From the NCBI GenBank assembly GCA_963762075.1, contig CAVXJC010000008.1, forward strand, positions 91,543-155,542: a stretch of DNA of 64,000 nucleotides, in the 5' to 3' direction. Below are positions 1 to 9,640 of the stretch, in pieces. The translations under genes and the position numbers were made by a program. The stretch's first letter is position 1. Every line of letters begins with the position of its first letter. Source of the DNA: an uncultured Actinomycetes bacterium. GTDB lineage: Bacteria > Actinomycetota > UBA4738 > HRBIN12. The notes beneath the pieces are model-generated. The model worked only from the letters and a program-made list of their open reading frames with translations, searched no databases and was not told where the DNA came from.

Positions 1-109
1 ACCCAGGGCCGAGTACGCCCTCCGGCCGGGATCGAACGTCTCGGGCGTGACTCACCGGAACGCCCTACAGGCGTCGGACGCACAGATGGTGGAGCAGCCG
101 ACCCTGCTG

Positions 110-688
110 TCAGCCCGACGGCGCTTGCCGGTTGAACCGGTCCTGCGTCGCGACGAGCCCGTCCGCGACCAGGCTGCCGACCGCGTCGGCCGCTCGGTCG
201 ACCCAGATCGCGACCTCGGCCTCGAGCTTCTTGCCGATCGGCTGCAGCACGAAGTCGGCCGGGTCCTGGCGCCCGGGCGGGCGCCCGACGCCGATGCGAA
301 CGTGCACGAACTCTCGGGCGCGCAGCGCCTGCTGCAGCGACTTCACGCCGTTGTGGGAGCTGCTGCCTCCGAGCTTCACGCGGAGCTCTCCCGGCGTGAT
401 GTCGAGCTCGTCGTAGACCGCGATCACGTGATCGGCCGCGACATCGTGCTTCTTGGCGAGGCTCACGTACGAGGGCCCCGACTCGTTCATGAACCGGGTG
501 CTCGTGGCGAGCAGCACACGCTCGCCGGACTCGCGGATCTCGGCGGCCTCCGCCGGCAAGAACCGAGCCTTCTTGAACCGCTCGCCGGCGCGACGTGCCA
601 GCTCGTGGACGACCATGCGTCCGACGTTGTGGCGCGTGTTCGCGTACCGATCGCCGGGGTTGCCGAGTCCGGCGACGAGCCAGGTCAT
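110..688 (-). CDS. pth: Peptidyl-tRNA hydrolase
   Basis: WLVAGLGNPG..YANTRHNVG, FMNESG, HNGVKS and RIGVGRPP motifs; next to rplY; start moved to ATG 688. Confidence 0.97.
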   Translation of the reverse strand: MTWLVAGLGNPGDRYANTRHNVGRMVVHELARRAGERFKKARFLPAEAAEIRESGERVLLATSTRFMNESGPSYVSLAKKHDVAADHVIAVYDELDITPGELRVKLGGSSSHNGVKSLQQALRAREFVHVRIGVGRPPGRQDPADFVLQPIGKKLEAEVAIWVDRAADAVGSLVADGLVATQDRFNRQAPSG

Positions 689-722
689 GAGCGCGGCTCG
701 GTGTGCGCGGCGGCGACCGGGA

Positions 723-1457
723 CTAGCCCTCGCCGCCCTCGCCGGATTCGGACCCGGACTCGCCGTCGCCGGGCCCACCATCGCCCTGTCCCTCACCTTC
801 GGCGCCTTCAGCTTCCTCGCCCTCGGCCACCTCCGCGGCCTCGTCCTCGGCGGGCACCTCGACGGCTTCCTCGCCGGGAACCGACAGGTCGGCCTCGACG
901 CGGAGCGCGGCGGGCGTGACCACCGACAGCACGGCGTCCTCGAGCGTCGTGAGGATCGTGACGCCCTTCGGGGCCACGAGGTCACTCACGTGCACCATCT
1001 CGCCGAGCTCCACGTGGGTGATGTCGATGACGATCTCGTCGGGCACGTCTTGGGGCAGGCATTCGATCTGTACCTCGCGAAGGTGGTGCTCGACCACACC
1101 ACCCTCCTTCACGCCGGCTGCCTCTCCGGTCTCGTGCACCGGCACGTTGACGGTGATCGTTTGGGTGCGGCTCACCGCGAGGAAGTCGACATGCACGAAC
1201 TTGGCGTGGATGTGATCGCGCTGGATCTCACGAGGGATCGCGAGATGCTCCTCGCCGTCGACCACGAGGTCGACCAGCACGTTCGAACCGGCACTGCCGT
1301 GCAGCAGGTGCGTCAGCTCACGTGCCTCGACCGTCAGTGGCGTGGTCTCGAGACCCTGACCGTAGAGCACGGCTGGGATCTTCCCTGCGGCGCGGAGCTT
1401 GCGGGCGACACCCTTGCCGGCGTCGGAACGTCGTTCGGCGGTGAGCTTGGTTTCCAT
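723..1457 (-). CDS. rplY: 50S ribosomal protein L25/Ctc
   Basis: GKGVARKLRAAGKIPAVLYG, HVDFL, GVKEGGV, acidic C-terminal tail. Confidence 0.97.
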   Translation of the reverse strand: METKLTAERRSDAGKGVARKLRAAGKIPAVLYGQGLETTPLTVEARELTHLLHGSAGSNVLVDLVVDGEEHLAIPREIQRDHIHAKFVHVDFLAVSRTQTITVNVPVHETGEAAGVKEGGVVEHHLREVQIECLPQDVPDEIVIDITHVELGEMVHVSDLVAPKGVTILTTLEDAVLSVVTPAALRVEADLSVPGEEAVEVPAEDEAAEVAEGEEAEGAEGEGQGDGGPGDGESGSESGEGGEG

Positions 1458-1607
1458 GGCGAACGTGGGGGCCCTTCGGTTCGTGGGAAGGTGGATGCCA
1501 GAACCCGGCGATGGTACCCGAATCCGCAGGTCGGCGGCATGGGGTGGCGGGTTTTCTTGCGCGCATGGCGATACCTTCGGACAGGGTTGTGCGTCTCTAT
1601 CGGTGAC

Positions 1608-2153
1608 ATGGCGGAAGGGATACCTGTGGGCGTCGAAGACCGGTCGAGCGAAGTCGACCAGGTCGCCGACTCGGGGCTCGAGGAGCTGTACGCGCGCCAC
1701 ATCGGCGCCGGTGTACGACTCTCGTTCCTGCTCACGGGCGATCGGGTGCACGCAGAGGACCTCGCGCAGGAAGCGTTCGTGCGATGCGTCGGTCGGTTCC
1801 GGCACGTGCGCCAGCCCGATGCGTTCGAGTCGTACTTCCGCCGGGCGATCGTGAACCTGCACACGTCGGGACTGCGCCGCCGCCGGCTGGAACGGGCGTG
1901 GCTCGCGCGTGAGGGTGCCGCTTCAGCGCGCCGGGTCGCTTCCCAACCCGATGTCGGAGCTCGTCAAGACCTGTGGCGGGCGCTCGGTCAGTTGCCGGCC
2001 CGTCAACGAGCAGCGCTCGTGCTGCGGTACTACGAGGACCTGTCCGAGCGTGACACGGCCGAGGTGCTCGGGTGCTCGGTCGCCGCCGTGAAGTCGTTGG
2101 TCGCGAGGGGCAGCGAAGCGCTCCGCGAACGGATCAGAGGTGAGGAAGCATGA
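1608..2153 (+). CDS. ECF RNA polymerase sigma factor (SigE-like)
   Basis: AEDLAQEAF (region 2); LPARQRAALVLRYYEDLSERDTAEVLGCSVAAVKS (region 4). Confidence 0.92.
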   Translation: MAEGIPVGVEDRSSEVDQVADSGLEELYARHIGAGVRLSFLLTGDRVHAEDLAQEAFVRCVGRFRHVRQPDAFESYFRRAIVNLHTSGLRRRRLERAWLAREGAASARRVASQPDVGARQDLWRALGQLPARQRAALVLRYYEDLSERDTAEVLGCSVAAVKSLVARGSEALRERIRGEEA

Positions 2154-3379
2154 ACGACGTCGAACGCGAACTTCGAGCGCTGCTCGAACGCAGGGCGGGA
2201 TCGGTCGGCGGGGTCGCCCCTCTGCTTCCCGAGACGGTTCGAAAGAGGAGCCGCAGGCGCCAGGCAGGTACCGCAGCGGTGGGCGTCTTCACCGTCGCGG
2301 CCGTGGCGCTGGTGTCGTTCGCCGGCCTGCGCTCGATCGATCTCGGAGCAGGGAACACACGGGTTCCGGGTGGCGACCGGTCGGATCGCTACGAGGTCTT
2401 CGAACGAACGGCGACCATCGAGACGATCACGATCACGAGCCCCAGCGATTGGTACCTCGTGAACCAGTGGCCGTTAGGCGCCGGGGTGGCGACGACCGGA
2501 TCGTCCGGCGTCTCGTGCGCAGCCACCGCGGCTCCCGGCGAGAGCCAACCGCAGGCGGAGGCGTGCGAGGGCGGTTCATCGCCGAGGCCAGAGCCGGTCA
2601 CCGATCCGCGGCCCGTTCCGTTGGCGCTCCTGTCCTACGCCGATCCCGCCTTGGGCGCGTCACCGTGTCTTCAGGGCGGCCTCGAGCTGACGGGGAGCGC
2701 CGCGATGCTCGAAGTAGCGATCGATGTGCAGACCGTGCAGGAGATCGAGGCTGGCAACGGCCCGAACCTTCCCGCCTGGCCCGTGCCGTTCGACGAGACC
2801 GCAGTCACCGACGGGCCGTGTGGACCGGGCCACTACGTTCGCTTCCAGGTGGGGCTCTACCCGTACATCGCCTGGATCGGGTTCGGCCCTACAGCGTCCG
2901 ACGACGTTCGCGAGTCGCTGTTCGGCATCGCGAGCCGGATGCAGTTCGAGGACACACCTCTGGTCGGCCCCGCCGACGAAACTCCCGGCTACGTGCTCGC
3001 TGGCGGTGAGAACGCCGCGGGACCGTGGCGCCTCGAGCTCAGGCCTTCTACCAGCCAGGGTCCCGACGCCAACGTCGATCTCCACGTCATCGGCGCGGAG
3101 GGAAGCGGAACGGGCGCGGGCGACTTCACCGTGCCGGAAGCCACCCCGATCGAACAGGCCGGCGGCGATCCCACATTCGGCGCCGTGACGAAGGCGGCCA
3201 CCGGTGTCGAGCTTCGTCTCGAGGAAGGCACCCCGCCGATCCCCGCCACTTTGCTTCCGCTGCCCCCGAGCTTGGCGTACCCGTTCGACCTGTTCTTCGG
3301 CTCGAACCCCTCCGACGTCCCAGCGACGGCCGTCGCGCTCGGCCTGCCAGAGTCGCAGCAGTCGCCGCCAGAAGGCTAG
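2150..3379 (+). CDS. Putative membrane-anchored anti-sigma partner with large extracytoplasmic domain
   Basis: ATGA overlap with the sigma gene; short cytoplasmic N-terminus, RRR followed by one TM helix, Pro/Gly-rich C-terminal region. Confidence 0.7.
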   Translation: MNDVERELRALLERRAGSVGGVAPLLPETVRKRSRRRQAGTAAVGVFTVAAVALVSFAGLRSIDLGAGNTRVPGGDRSDRYEVFERTATIETITITSPSDWYLVNQWPLGAGVATTGSSGVSCAATAAPGESQPQAEACEGGSSPRPEPVTDPRPVPLALLSYADPALGASPCLQGGLELTGSAAMLEVAIDVQTVQEIEAGNGPNLPAWPVPFDETAVTDGPCGPGHYVRFQVGLYPYIAWIGFGPTASDDVRESLFGIASRMQFEDTPLVGPADETPGYVLAGGENAAGPWRLELRPSTSQGPDANVDLHVIGAEGSGTGAGDFTVPEATPIEQAGGDPTFGAVTKAATGVELRLEEGTPPIPATLLPLPPSLAYPFDLFFGSNPSDVPATAVALGLPESQQSPPEG

Positions 3380-4356
3380 ACCTGGTTGGCGCCGCCGAAG
3401 ATCTCGCTCACGCTTGCGTCTTCGAACACGGCTCGCAGGCCGCTCGCGATCAGCGGGGCGATCGAGAGGACCTTGAGCTTGTCGAACTGGCGCTCCTCTG
3501 GGATCGGCAAGGAGTTGGTGACCACCACCTGCTCGATCGGTGCCTCTTCCAAGAGCTGACGAGCCTTGCCGCTGAAGATGCCGTGCGTCGCGCCCACGTA
3601 GATCGGGCCCGCGCCCATCTCGGCCAGCACGTGCACACCGGCTGAGATCGTCGACGCTGTGTCGATCATGTCGTCGACGATGACGCACGGTCGGCCTGCC
3701 ACCTCACCCACGACCGTCATCTCTTCGATCTTGTGGGCCTCGTGCCGGCTGCGGCGCTTGTAGAGGAACGCCAGGTCGGCGTGGAGGTACTCGCGGAGCT
3801 TCTCCGACGTCTTGATGCGCCCTGCGTCGGGTGCGACCACCACGAGGTCGTCGCCGTGCAGTCCGAGCTCATCGGAGAAGTGGTTCGACAGGATCGGCAA
3901 CGCCGTGAGGTGGTCGAACGGGAAGTCGAAGTACCCCTGGATCTGCCCGGAGTGCAGGTCGACGCTGATCACGCGATCGGCCCCGGCCGTCGAGAGCAGG
4001 TCGGCCACGAGCTTCGCACTGATCGGCTCACGCGAGAGCGCCTTGTGGTCCTGCCGCGAGTAGCCGTAGTACGGGATCACCGCGGTGATGCGCTTGGCCG
4101 ACGCGCGCTTCATGGCGTCGATCATCAGCAGCTGTTCCATGAGCGCCTCGTTGACGGGCTCGTAGTGGGTCTGCACCACGAACACGTCGGCACCGCGCAC
4201 GCTCTCCTTCGCCCGGAAGTAGATCTCACCCGATGCGAACCGCCTGAGCTCAGATTCGCTCACTGGAACGCTCAGGCAATCGGCGATCTCGTGCCCCAGC
4301 GCCGGGTGGATCGTGCCGGTGAACAGCATCATCCGCTTCTTGGTGATGATCTCCAC
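3376..4356 (-). CDS. prs: Ribose-phosphate pyrophosphokinase
   Basis: FASGEI, PYYGYSRQD, DLHSGQIQGYF, VDDMIDTAST; GTG start at 4356 with AGGGGG upstream. Confidence 0.97.
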   Translation of the reverse strand: MEIITKKRMMLFTGTIHPALGHEIADCLSVPVSESELRRFASGEIYFRAKESVRGADVFVVQTHYEPVNEALMEQLLMIDAMKRASAKRITAVIPYYGYSRQDHKALSREPISAKLVADLLSTAGADRVISVDLHSGQIQGYFDFPFDHLTALPILSNHFSDELGLHGDDLVVVAPDAGRIKTSEKLREYLHADLAFLYKRRSRHEAHKIEEMTVVGEVAGRPCVIVDDMIDTASTISAGVHVLAEMGAGPIYVGATHGIFSGKARQLLEEAPIEQVVVTNSLPIPEERQFDKLKVLSIAPLIASGLRAVFEDASVSEIFGGANQV

Positions 4357-4366
4357 GCGCCGCCCC

Positions 4367-5797
4367 CTAGGTCTTCCTCGATCGCCGTCGCCGGCGATGT
4401 TCGGCGTCCTTGCGTTCCCGGTAGCCCTCGACCGTGCGTTGCTCGCTGCGTTCGACCGCAAGCGCGCCGTCGGGCACGCTCTTCGTGATGACCGACCCGG
4501 CGGCGGTGTTGGCGTTGCGACCGACTTCCACCGGCGCCACGAGCATCGTATCCGACCCGATCCGGGCCCCGGAACCTACCTTGGTCGAGTGCTTCGCATA
4601 CCCGTCGTAGTTGACGGTCACGGTGCCTGCGCCGATGTTCGCACCGTCGCCGATCTCGGCGTCGCCCAGGTAGCTCAGGTGCTTGGCCTTCGCACCTCGG
4701 CCGAGCGTTGAAGCCTTCACCTCGACGTAGTTGCCGACCTGCGCGTCGTCCTCGAGCACCGCGCCACCGCGCAGCCGTGCGAACGGCCCGACCTCGCAAC
4801 CACGGCCGACGTGCGCGTCCTCGAGCACCGAGAATCGCACGACCGAGCCGTCGCCGACCTCGCTGGCCGACATCGCCACCGAAGGGCCGATGCCGCACGC
4901 TCGGCCGATGCGTGAGCCGCGTTCGAGGAACGTGTTCGGATAGATCACGGAGTCGGCGCCGATCTCCACATCGACGTCGATGTAGGTGGCACCAGGGTCC
5001 ACGAGCGTGACGCCGTTTGACATGTGCCCGGCGTTGACGCGCTCGCGCACCAGTCGCTCGAGCCCCGCGAGTCCCGCGCGAGAGTTCGCCCCCATGTAAC
5101 CGCCGGTGTCGGCAGGCACCGCCGTCACCCTTCCGCCCTGCTCACGCAGGATGGGATAGACGCGGTTCAGATAGCGCTCCTGCTGCTTCGTTCGATCATC
5201 GACATGTGGCAGCGCTGCGAACAGCGCTCGCCGCGAGAAGACGATCCAGTTCGTGCCCACCTCGCTGATGGCGTCGGCACCGGGCGTGTCACGATCCTCG
5301 TCGATCTCGACGAATCGCCCGCGCGCGTCACGGATCACGCGTCCGTACGACCCCGGCTCGTCGACCACCGTTGTGAGCAGCGATGCCGTGGCGCCCGATC
5401 GCCTGTACGAGCGAACGAGCGTCACCACGTCATCGGGCATCACGGGGTCGAAGTCCCCGTTGGCCACGAGCACGTCATCGGCTCGGCCGATCGCTCGCCG
5501 CGCGATCTCGACGGCCTCGGCGGTGCCACGGGGTTGCGCTTGCTCCACGAAGATCGGCTTGCGTGCGATCTTCCACGAGGCGACCTCGGCACGCACATCG
5601 TCGGCGCCAGGGGCGACCACGACGATGACCTTGTCGGGTTTCGCGGCCAGCCCGGCTTGCACCGCGTGCCACAGCACCGCTCGCCCACAGATGGGATGCA
5701 GCACCTTGGGGGTGACGGACTTCAGCCGCTTGCCCTTGCCCGCGGCGAGCACCACCAGGGCCAGGGAGCGAGGAGTCCGTTTCGTGGTCTCGGCCAA
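4367..5797 (-). CDS. glmU: Bifunctional UDP-GlcNAc pyrophosphorylase/glucosamine-1-phosphate acetyltransferase
   Basis: LAAGKGKR..S..PKVLH, hexapeptide repeats, GNYVEVK, KHLSYLGDA, NYDG; start uncertain (TTG 5797 or ATG 5833). Confidence 0.95.
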   Translation of the reverse strand: MAETTKRTPRSLALVVLAAGKGKRLKSVTPKVLHPICGRAVLWHAVQAGLAAKPDKVIVVVAPGADDVRAEVASWKIARKPIFVEQAQPRGTAEAVEIARRAIGRADDVLVANGDFDPVMPDDVVTLVRSYRRSGATASLLTTVVDEPGSYGRVIRDARGRFVEIDEDRDTPGADAISEVGTNWIVFSRRALFAALPHVDDRTKQQERYLNRVYPILREQGGRVTAVPADTGGYMGANSRAGLAGLERLVRERVNAGHMSNGVTLVDPGATYIDVDVEIGADSVIYPNTFLERGSRIGRACGIGPSVAMSASEVGDGSVVRFSVLEDAHVGRGCEVGPFARLRGGAVLEDDAQVGNYVEVKASTLGRGAKAKHLSYLGDAEIGDGANIGAGTVTVNYDGYAKHSTKVGSGARIGSDTMLVAPVEVGRNANTAAGSVITKSVPDGALAVERSEQRTVEGYRERKDAEHRRRRRSRKT

Positions 5798-6103
5798 CCG
5801 TCGTCGTCCAGGGTTGTAGGGGTCGAGGGCCATCGGCGCAGGAAGCTCATCGTCCCACATCGACGACGGGCGTGACGCAGGTCGTCGTGCGCGCTGAACA
5901 GTCAACTCGTTGGATCGTCGTGCTCGCGGCGATCGCCGTGCAGGAATCTACCTGGCCATGCCACTGCCAACCGCTGTCGGGATGCATCGCGGGCTGGCGG
6001 AGATCTGCACGAACCTCGAGATGCGCCCTCGTGAGTGGCCCGCGGCTTCGTCGCTTGTACCGGCCGTCGACGATCATGCGAGGATCACGAGGGGACAAGA
6101 GGC

Positions 6104-8212
6104 ATGGAACATCGTGCAACAGCGTCCAGTCGCGACGGCGTCATAGACGTCTCGGCGGCTCATGGGCGCGTCCGGCGCCCAACCGGAGCGCCGCCTCCGC
6201 TGCCGAAAAAGATCGGCGCGACCGGTGTCTTCCGATTGGCCTTGGTCGTATTCGTGGTTATCCCCGGCTGCATCTGGTTGCACTACGACCCTGCGCCGCT
6301 CGACCGGTTCGACGCCGCGATCACCGATGTGGCGACTTCGCTGCGCGTCGGGTGGCTCGACGCGCTGGCCCGATCGGTCGACGCGGTCGCATCGCGATAC
6401 GGGCTCGCGCTCCTCAGCTTGCTCACCGTCGTGATCGTGGCGTGGTTCCGGCGGTGGCGGCACCTGACCCTGTACCTCATCGGCGTGGCACTCGTAGGGC
6501 TCTCGGCGGAAGGACTGTTGCGCCTCGCAGCTCGGCCACGACCGTTCGATGTGACCATCATCGGTGCCTGGGAGGGTTTCTCGGCCCCCTCGATACCGAT
6601 GACGGGTCTCGCGGTCGTAGTCGTCGGCATCGCGTACATGCTCGTGATTCCGGGCCGACCGCGGATGTACGCCAAGTCCATCGGCCCGGTCGTGCTGATC
6701 ATGGCTGCTCTGCTCCGCGTCTACCTCGGGATCGACCACTTCACCGACGCGATGTTCGGTGTGTTCCTCGGGGTCTCGATCCCGATCGCGCTGTTCCGCG
6801 CGTACGCGCCGAACGATGTCTACCCCGTGCACTACGGCACTCGCGGCAAGGCGGCGCACCTCGACGTGACCGGTACGCGTGGCGAGGCCATCAAGCTCGC
6901 CATGAAGGAGCAGCTCGGCTACGAGGTTCTGAGCATGAAGCCCGTCGGGCTCGAGGGCTCCGGCGGCTCCACGCCCCTGAAGATGCGGATCGTCGACGAC
7001 CAGGGGCTCGAACGGTCGGTCTTCGCGAAGCTCTACGCGAAGAGTCATGTGCGGGCGGACCGTTGGTACAAGCTCGGGCGGACCATGCTCTACGGTCGTC
7101 TCGAGGACGAGACCCCCTTCAGCACGGTCCGACGATTCGTGGAGTACGAGGACTACACGCTGCGACTCCTCGGCGGGAAGGGCTTCTCGACCCCGGAGCC
7201 TCTCGACATCGTCGAAATCACGCCCGAGCGCGAGTACCTGATCGCGATGGAGTTCTTCGAAGACGCGGTCGAGATCAGCGAGGCCGACGTCGACGATCAG
7301 ATCATCGACGACGGGCTGCAGTTGATCCGGCGGATGTGGGACGTCGGGCTGTCCCACCGCGACATCAAGCCCGCGAACCTGATGGTGCAGGACGGACGGT
7401 TGCGCCTGATCGACGTCTTCTTCGTGCAGGTGCGCCCATCACCGTGGCGCCAGGCGGTCGACCTCGGCAACATGATGCTGGTGCTCGCCCTCCGCTCGGA
7501 TCCGGAGCTCGTCTACGAGCGGGCGCTCGCATACTTCACACCCGAGGAGCTGTCCGAGGCGTTCGCCGCGACCCGGGGTGTGGCGAGCCCCTCGCAGCTG
7601 CGAGCGTCGATGAAGGCGGACGGGCGAGGGCTGCTGGAGACGTTCCGCGGGCTCGCGCCGCCACGAGAACCCATCGCCATCCAGCGGTGGAGCATCCGCC
7701 GCGTGGTGCTGATCGTCGCCACGTTGCTCCTGCTGTTCTTGGCCATGCTGACGGGGGTCGCGTTGTTCCTCCCCTCACGCGGCGCCGTGGGGAACGCGAC
7801 GTGCGGCACGGGCCGGACCATGCAGTTGATGGCGCAGGCGGTCCCGACGGCGACTGAGCTTCCGTGCATCGGCGATCTGCCGCTCGGATGGGGCACGGAG
7901 CAGGCGACGATCGTCCGGAACAGCGCGACCTTCACGGTCGGGATCGGGTCGGACCTCGTGAGCCCGGTCACGGTCACGTTGACAGAAACCTGTCCGGCGG
8001 ACCCCGCCCTCCAGGCGATCCCGATCGATGGCGGGTGTGTCGCCTACCAGGTGCCGCCCGGGACCGAGGTCGGGTCGGTGCCTTCGTTCGACCATGGTGG
8101 CGGCCTCTCGTTCATCGACCGGCGTGAGCTGGTCGCCTCAGTGAAGCAAGACGAGGATCTCGTCCTCTGCGGCGCGCAAGCTCCACCCTGCACCCCGGTG
8201 CCCGAAACCTGA
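6104..8212 (+). CDS. Membrane protein: PAP2-like TM domain, protein-kinase-like domain, TM helix and Cys-rich C-terminal domain
   Basis: RPRP and RVYLGIDHFTD (PAP2-like); FAKLY, HRDIKPANLM, IDVF (kinase fold); final TM then six Cys. Confidence 0.8.
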   Translation: MEHRATASSRDGVIDVSAAHGRVRRPTGAPPPLPKKIGATGVFRLALVVFVVIPGCIWLHYDPAPLDRFDAAITDVATSLRVGWLDALARSVDAVASRYGLALLSLLTVVIVAWFRRWRHLTLYLIGVALVGLSAEGLLRLAARPRPFDVTIIGAWEGFSAPSIPMTGLAVVVVGIAYMLVIPGRPRMYAKSIGPVVLIMAALLRVYLGIDHFTDAMFGVFLGVSIPIALFRAYAPNDVYPVHYGTRGKAAHLDVTGTRGEAIKLAMKEQLGYEVLSMKPVGLEGSGGSTPLKMRIVDDQGLERSVFAKLYAKSHVRADRWYKLGRTMLYGRLEDETPFSTVRRFVEYEDYTLRLLGGKGFSTPEPLDIVEITPEREYLIAMEFFEDAVEISEADVDDQIIDDGLQLIRRMWDVGLSHRDIKPANLMVQDGRLRLIDVFFVQVRPSPWRQAVDLGNMMLVLALRSDPELVYERALAYFTPEELSEAFAATRGVASPSQLRASMKADGRGLLETFRGLAPPREPIAIQRWSIRRVVLIVATLLLLFLAMLTGVALFLPSRGAVGNATCGTGRTMQLMAQAVPTATELPCIGDLPLGWGTEQATIVRNSATFTVGIGSDLVSPVTVTLTETCPADPALQAIPIDGGCVAYQVPPGTEVGSVPSFDHGGGLSFIDRRELVASVKQDEDLVLCGAQAPPCTPVPET

Positions 8213-8308
8213 CCCAAGGTCCGGCGCACGACGCGTAGTGGCCGAATATCGGTAGCCTCCATCTCCCGGCATCGACGCCGGCTGGACCCTGTACGACGAG
8301 AGAGAGCG

Positions 8309-9640
8309 ATGGACCAGATCGACACAACGACGGCCGTTCGGGAGCCATCCCGACGGCGGCTCGGCCTGGATCGGCTGCGGCTTCGGTTCCGCGACCCGGC
8401 GCTCGAATCGGCGTTCCGTGCCGATCAATTCCGCCATCACCTGGGGAACATCCGCTTCGCCTTCGTGGCCGGGATCGTCCTCTGGATCTCGTGGGGTCTG
8501 CTCCTGCGCCACTACATCCTGGCCATCTCCGAGCTCCGGCTCGACCGGATCATGCGATGGGGCGTGTTCATCCCGATGCTGGTCATCGGCCTCGCACTGA
8601 CGTTCACGCCCTTCTTCGGCCGGATCTGGGAATGGGTCGCGGTCGCGATCGCGACGGCGACGATCGGCTCATGGGTGTACTACACCTCGAACATCCAGAC
8701 GCTGCCCGCGGAGTACGGGTACGTCGGCGTCATCCTGATCACTGCATTCACCTACACACTGTTGCGGCTGCGGTTCGTCCTGGTTCTGCTGATCACGCTG
8801 ATCGGCATCAGCGCATATCTGCCGTATGCCTTCGCCACTCGATACGTCGCGCCTGTGAGCGGAGTGCTGGCGACGCTCTATCTCGTCTCGTTCGGGTTCC
8901 TCGGCGGTCTGGCCGCGCATCGGATGGAGCGGTTCACGCGAACGCTGTTCCTACGCGAGCGTCAGCTCGACCAGGAGCGCCTCCGATCCGACGGCCTGCT
9001 CCTGAGCATCCTGCCGCAGGTCGTCGTCGACCAGCTCAAGGTCACGTCCGGGCGGCGGATCGCGCAGGCGTTCGAGGAGGTGACGGTGATCTTCGTCGAC
9101 GCGGTCGGATCGACCCAGCAGGCCGCTCGCTCGTCGCCGGATGAGTTCGCCCATGCCTTGGACGAGCTGTTCAGCCGGTTCGACGAGATCGCCGACCGGC
9201 ACGGCCTGGAGAAGGTGAAGACGATCGGCGATGCCTACATGGCCGTCGCCGGCGCGCCGGTCGCGATGGCCGATCATGCGGGAGCCGCCATCGCGATGGC
9301 CCTCGACGTCATCCGAGAAGCGGGTGCGGTCCGATGGCCGTCGGGCGACCGGATCGTCGTCCACGGCGGTGTGGCCACCGGGCCGGCCGTTGCCGGCGTG
9401 ATCGGGCGCAGGAAGTTCGCCTACGACCTGTGGGGCGACACCGTCAACGTCGCGAGCAGGCTGGAGGAGCAGGGAGAGCCTGGTGAGGTTCTGGTGTCTG
9501 AGGCGACGGCCGTTCAACTGGAGGATCGGTACGAGTTCGGGCCCACCCGGATCTTGGACCTGAAGGGCAAGGGGCGGACACCCGCCCGGGCGCTTCTCGG
9601 CCGCAACTCGACCGTTCCGATCGAGGTGCGGTCGACGTGA
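8309..9640 (+). CDS. Membrane-bound class III adenylyl cyclase (about 6 TM)
   Basis: IFVDAVGST, EKVKTIGDAYM, YDLWGDTVNVASRLE; Lys/Asp residues typical of ATP specificity. Confidence 0.92.
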   Translation: MDQIDTTTAVREPSRRRLGLDRLRLRFRDPALESAFRADQFRHHLGNIRFAFVAGIVLWISWGLLLRHYILAISELRLDRIMRWGVFIPMLVIGLALTFTPFFGRIWEWVAVAIATATIGSWVYYTSNIQTLPAEYGYVGVILITAFTYTLLRLRFVLVLLITLIGISAYLPYAFATRYVAPVSGVLATLYLVSFGFLGGLAAHRMERFTRTLFLRERQLDQERLRSDGLLLSILPQVVVDQLKVTSGRRIAQAFEEVTVIFVDAVGSTQQAARSSPDEFAHALDELFSRFDEIADRHGLEKVKTIGDAYMAVAGAPVAMADHAGAAIAMALDVIREAGAVRWPSGDRIVVHGGVATGPAVAGVIGRRKFAYDLWGDTVNVASRLEEQGEPGEVLVSEATAVQLEDRYEFGPTRILDLKGKGRTPARALLGRNSTVPIEVRST

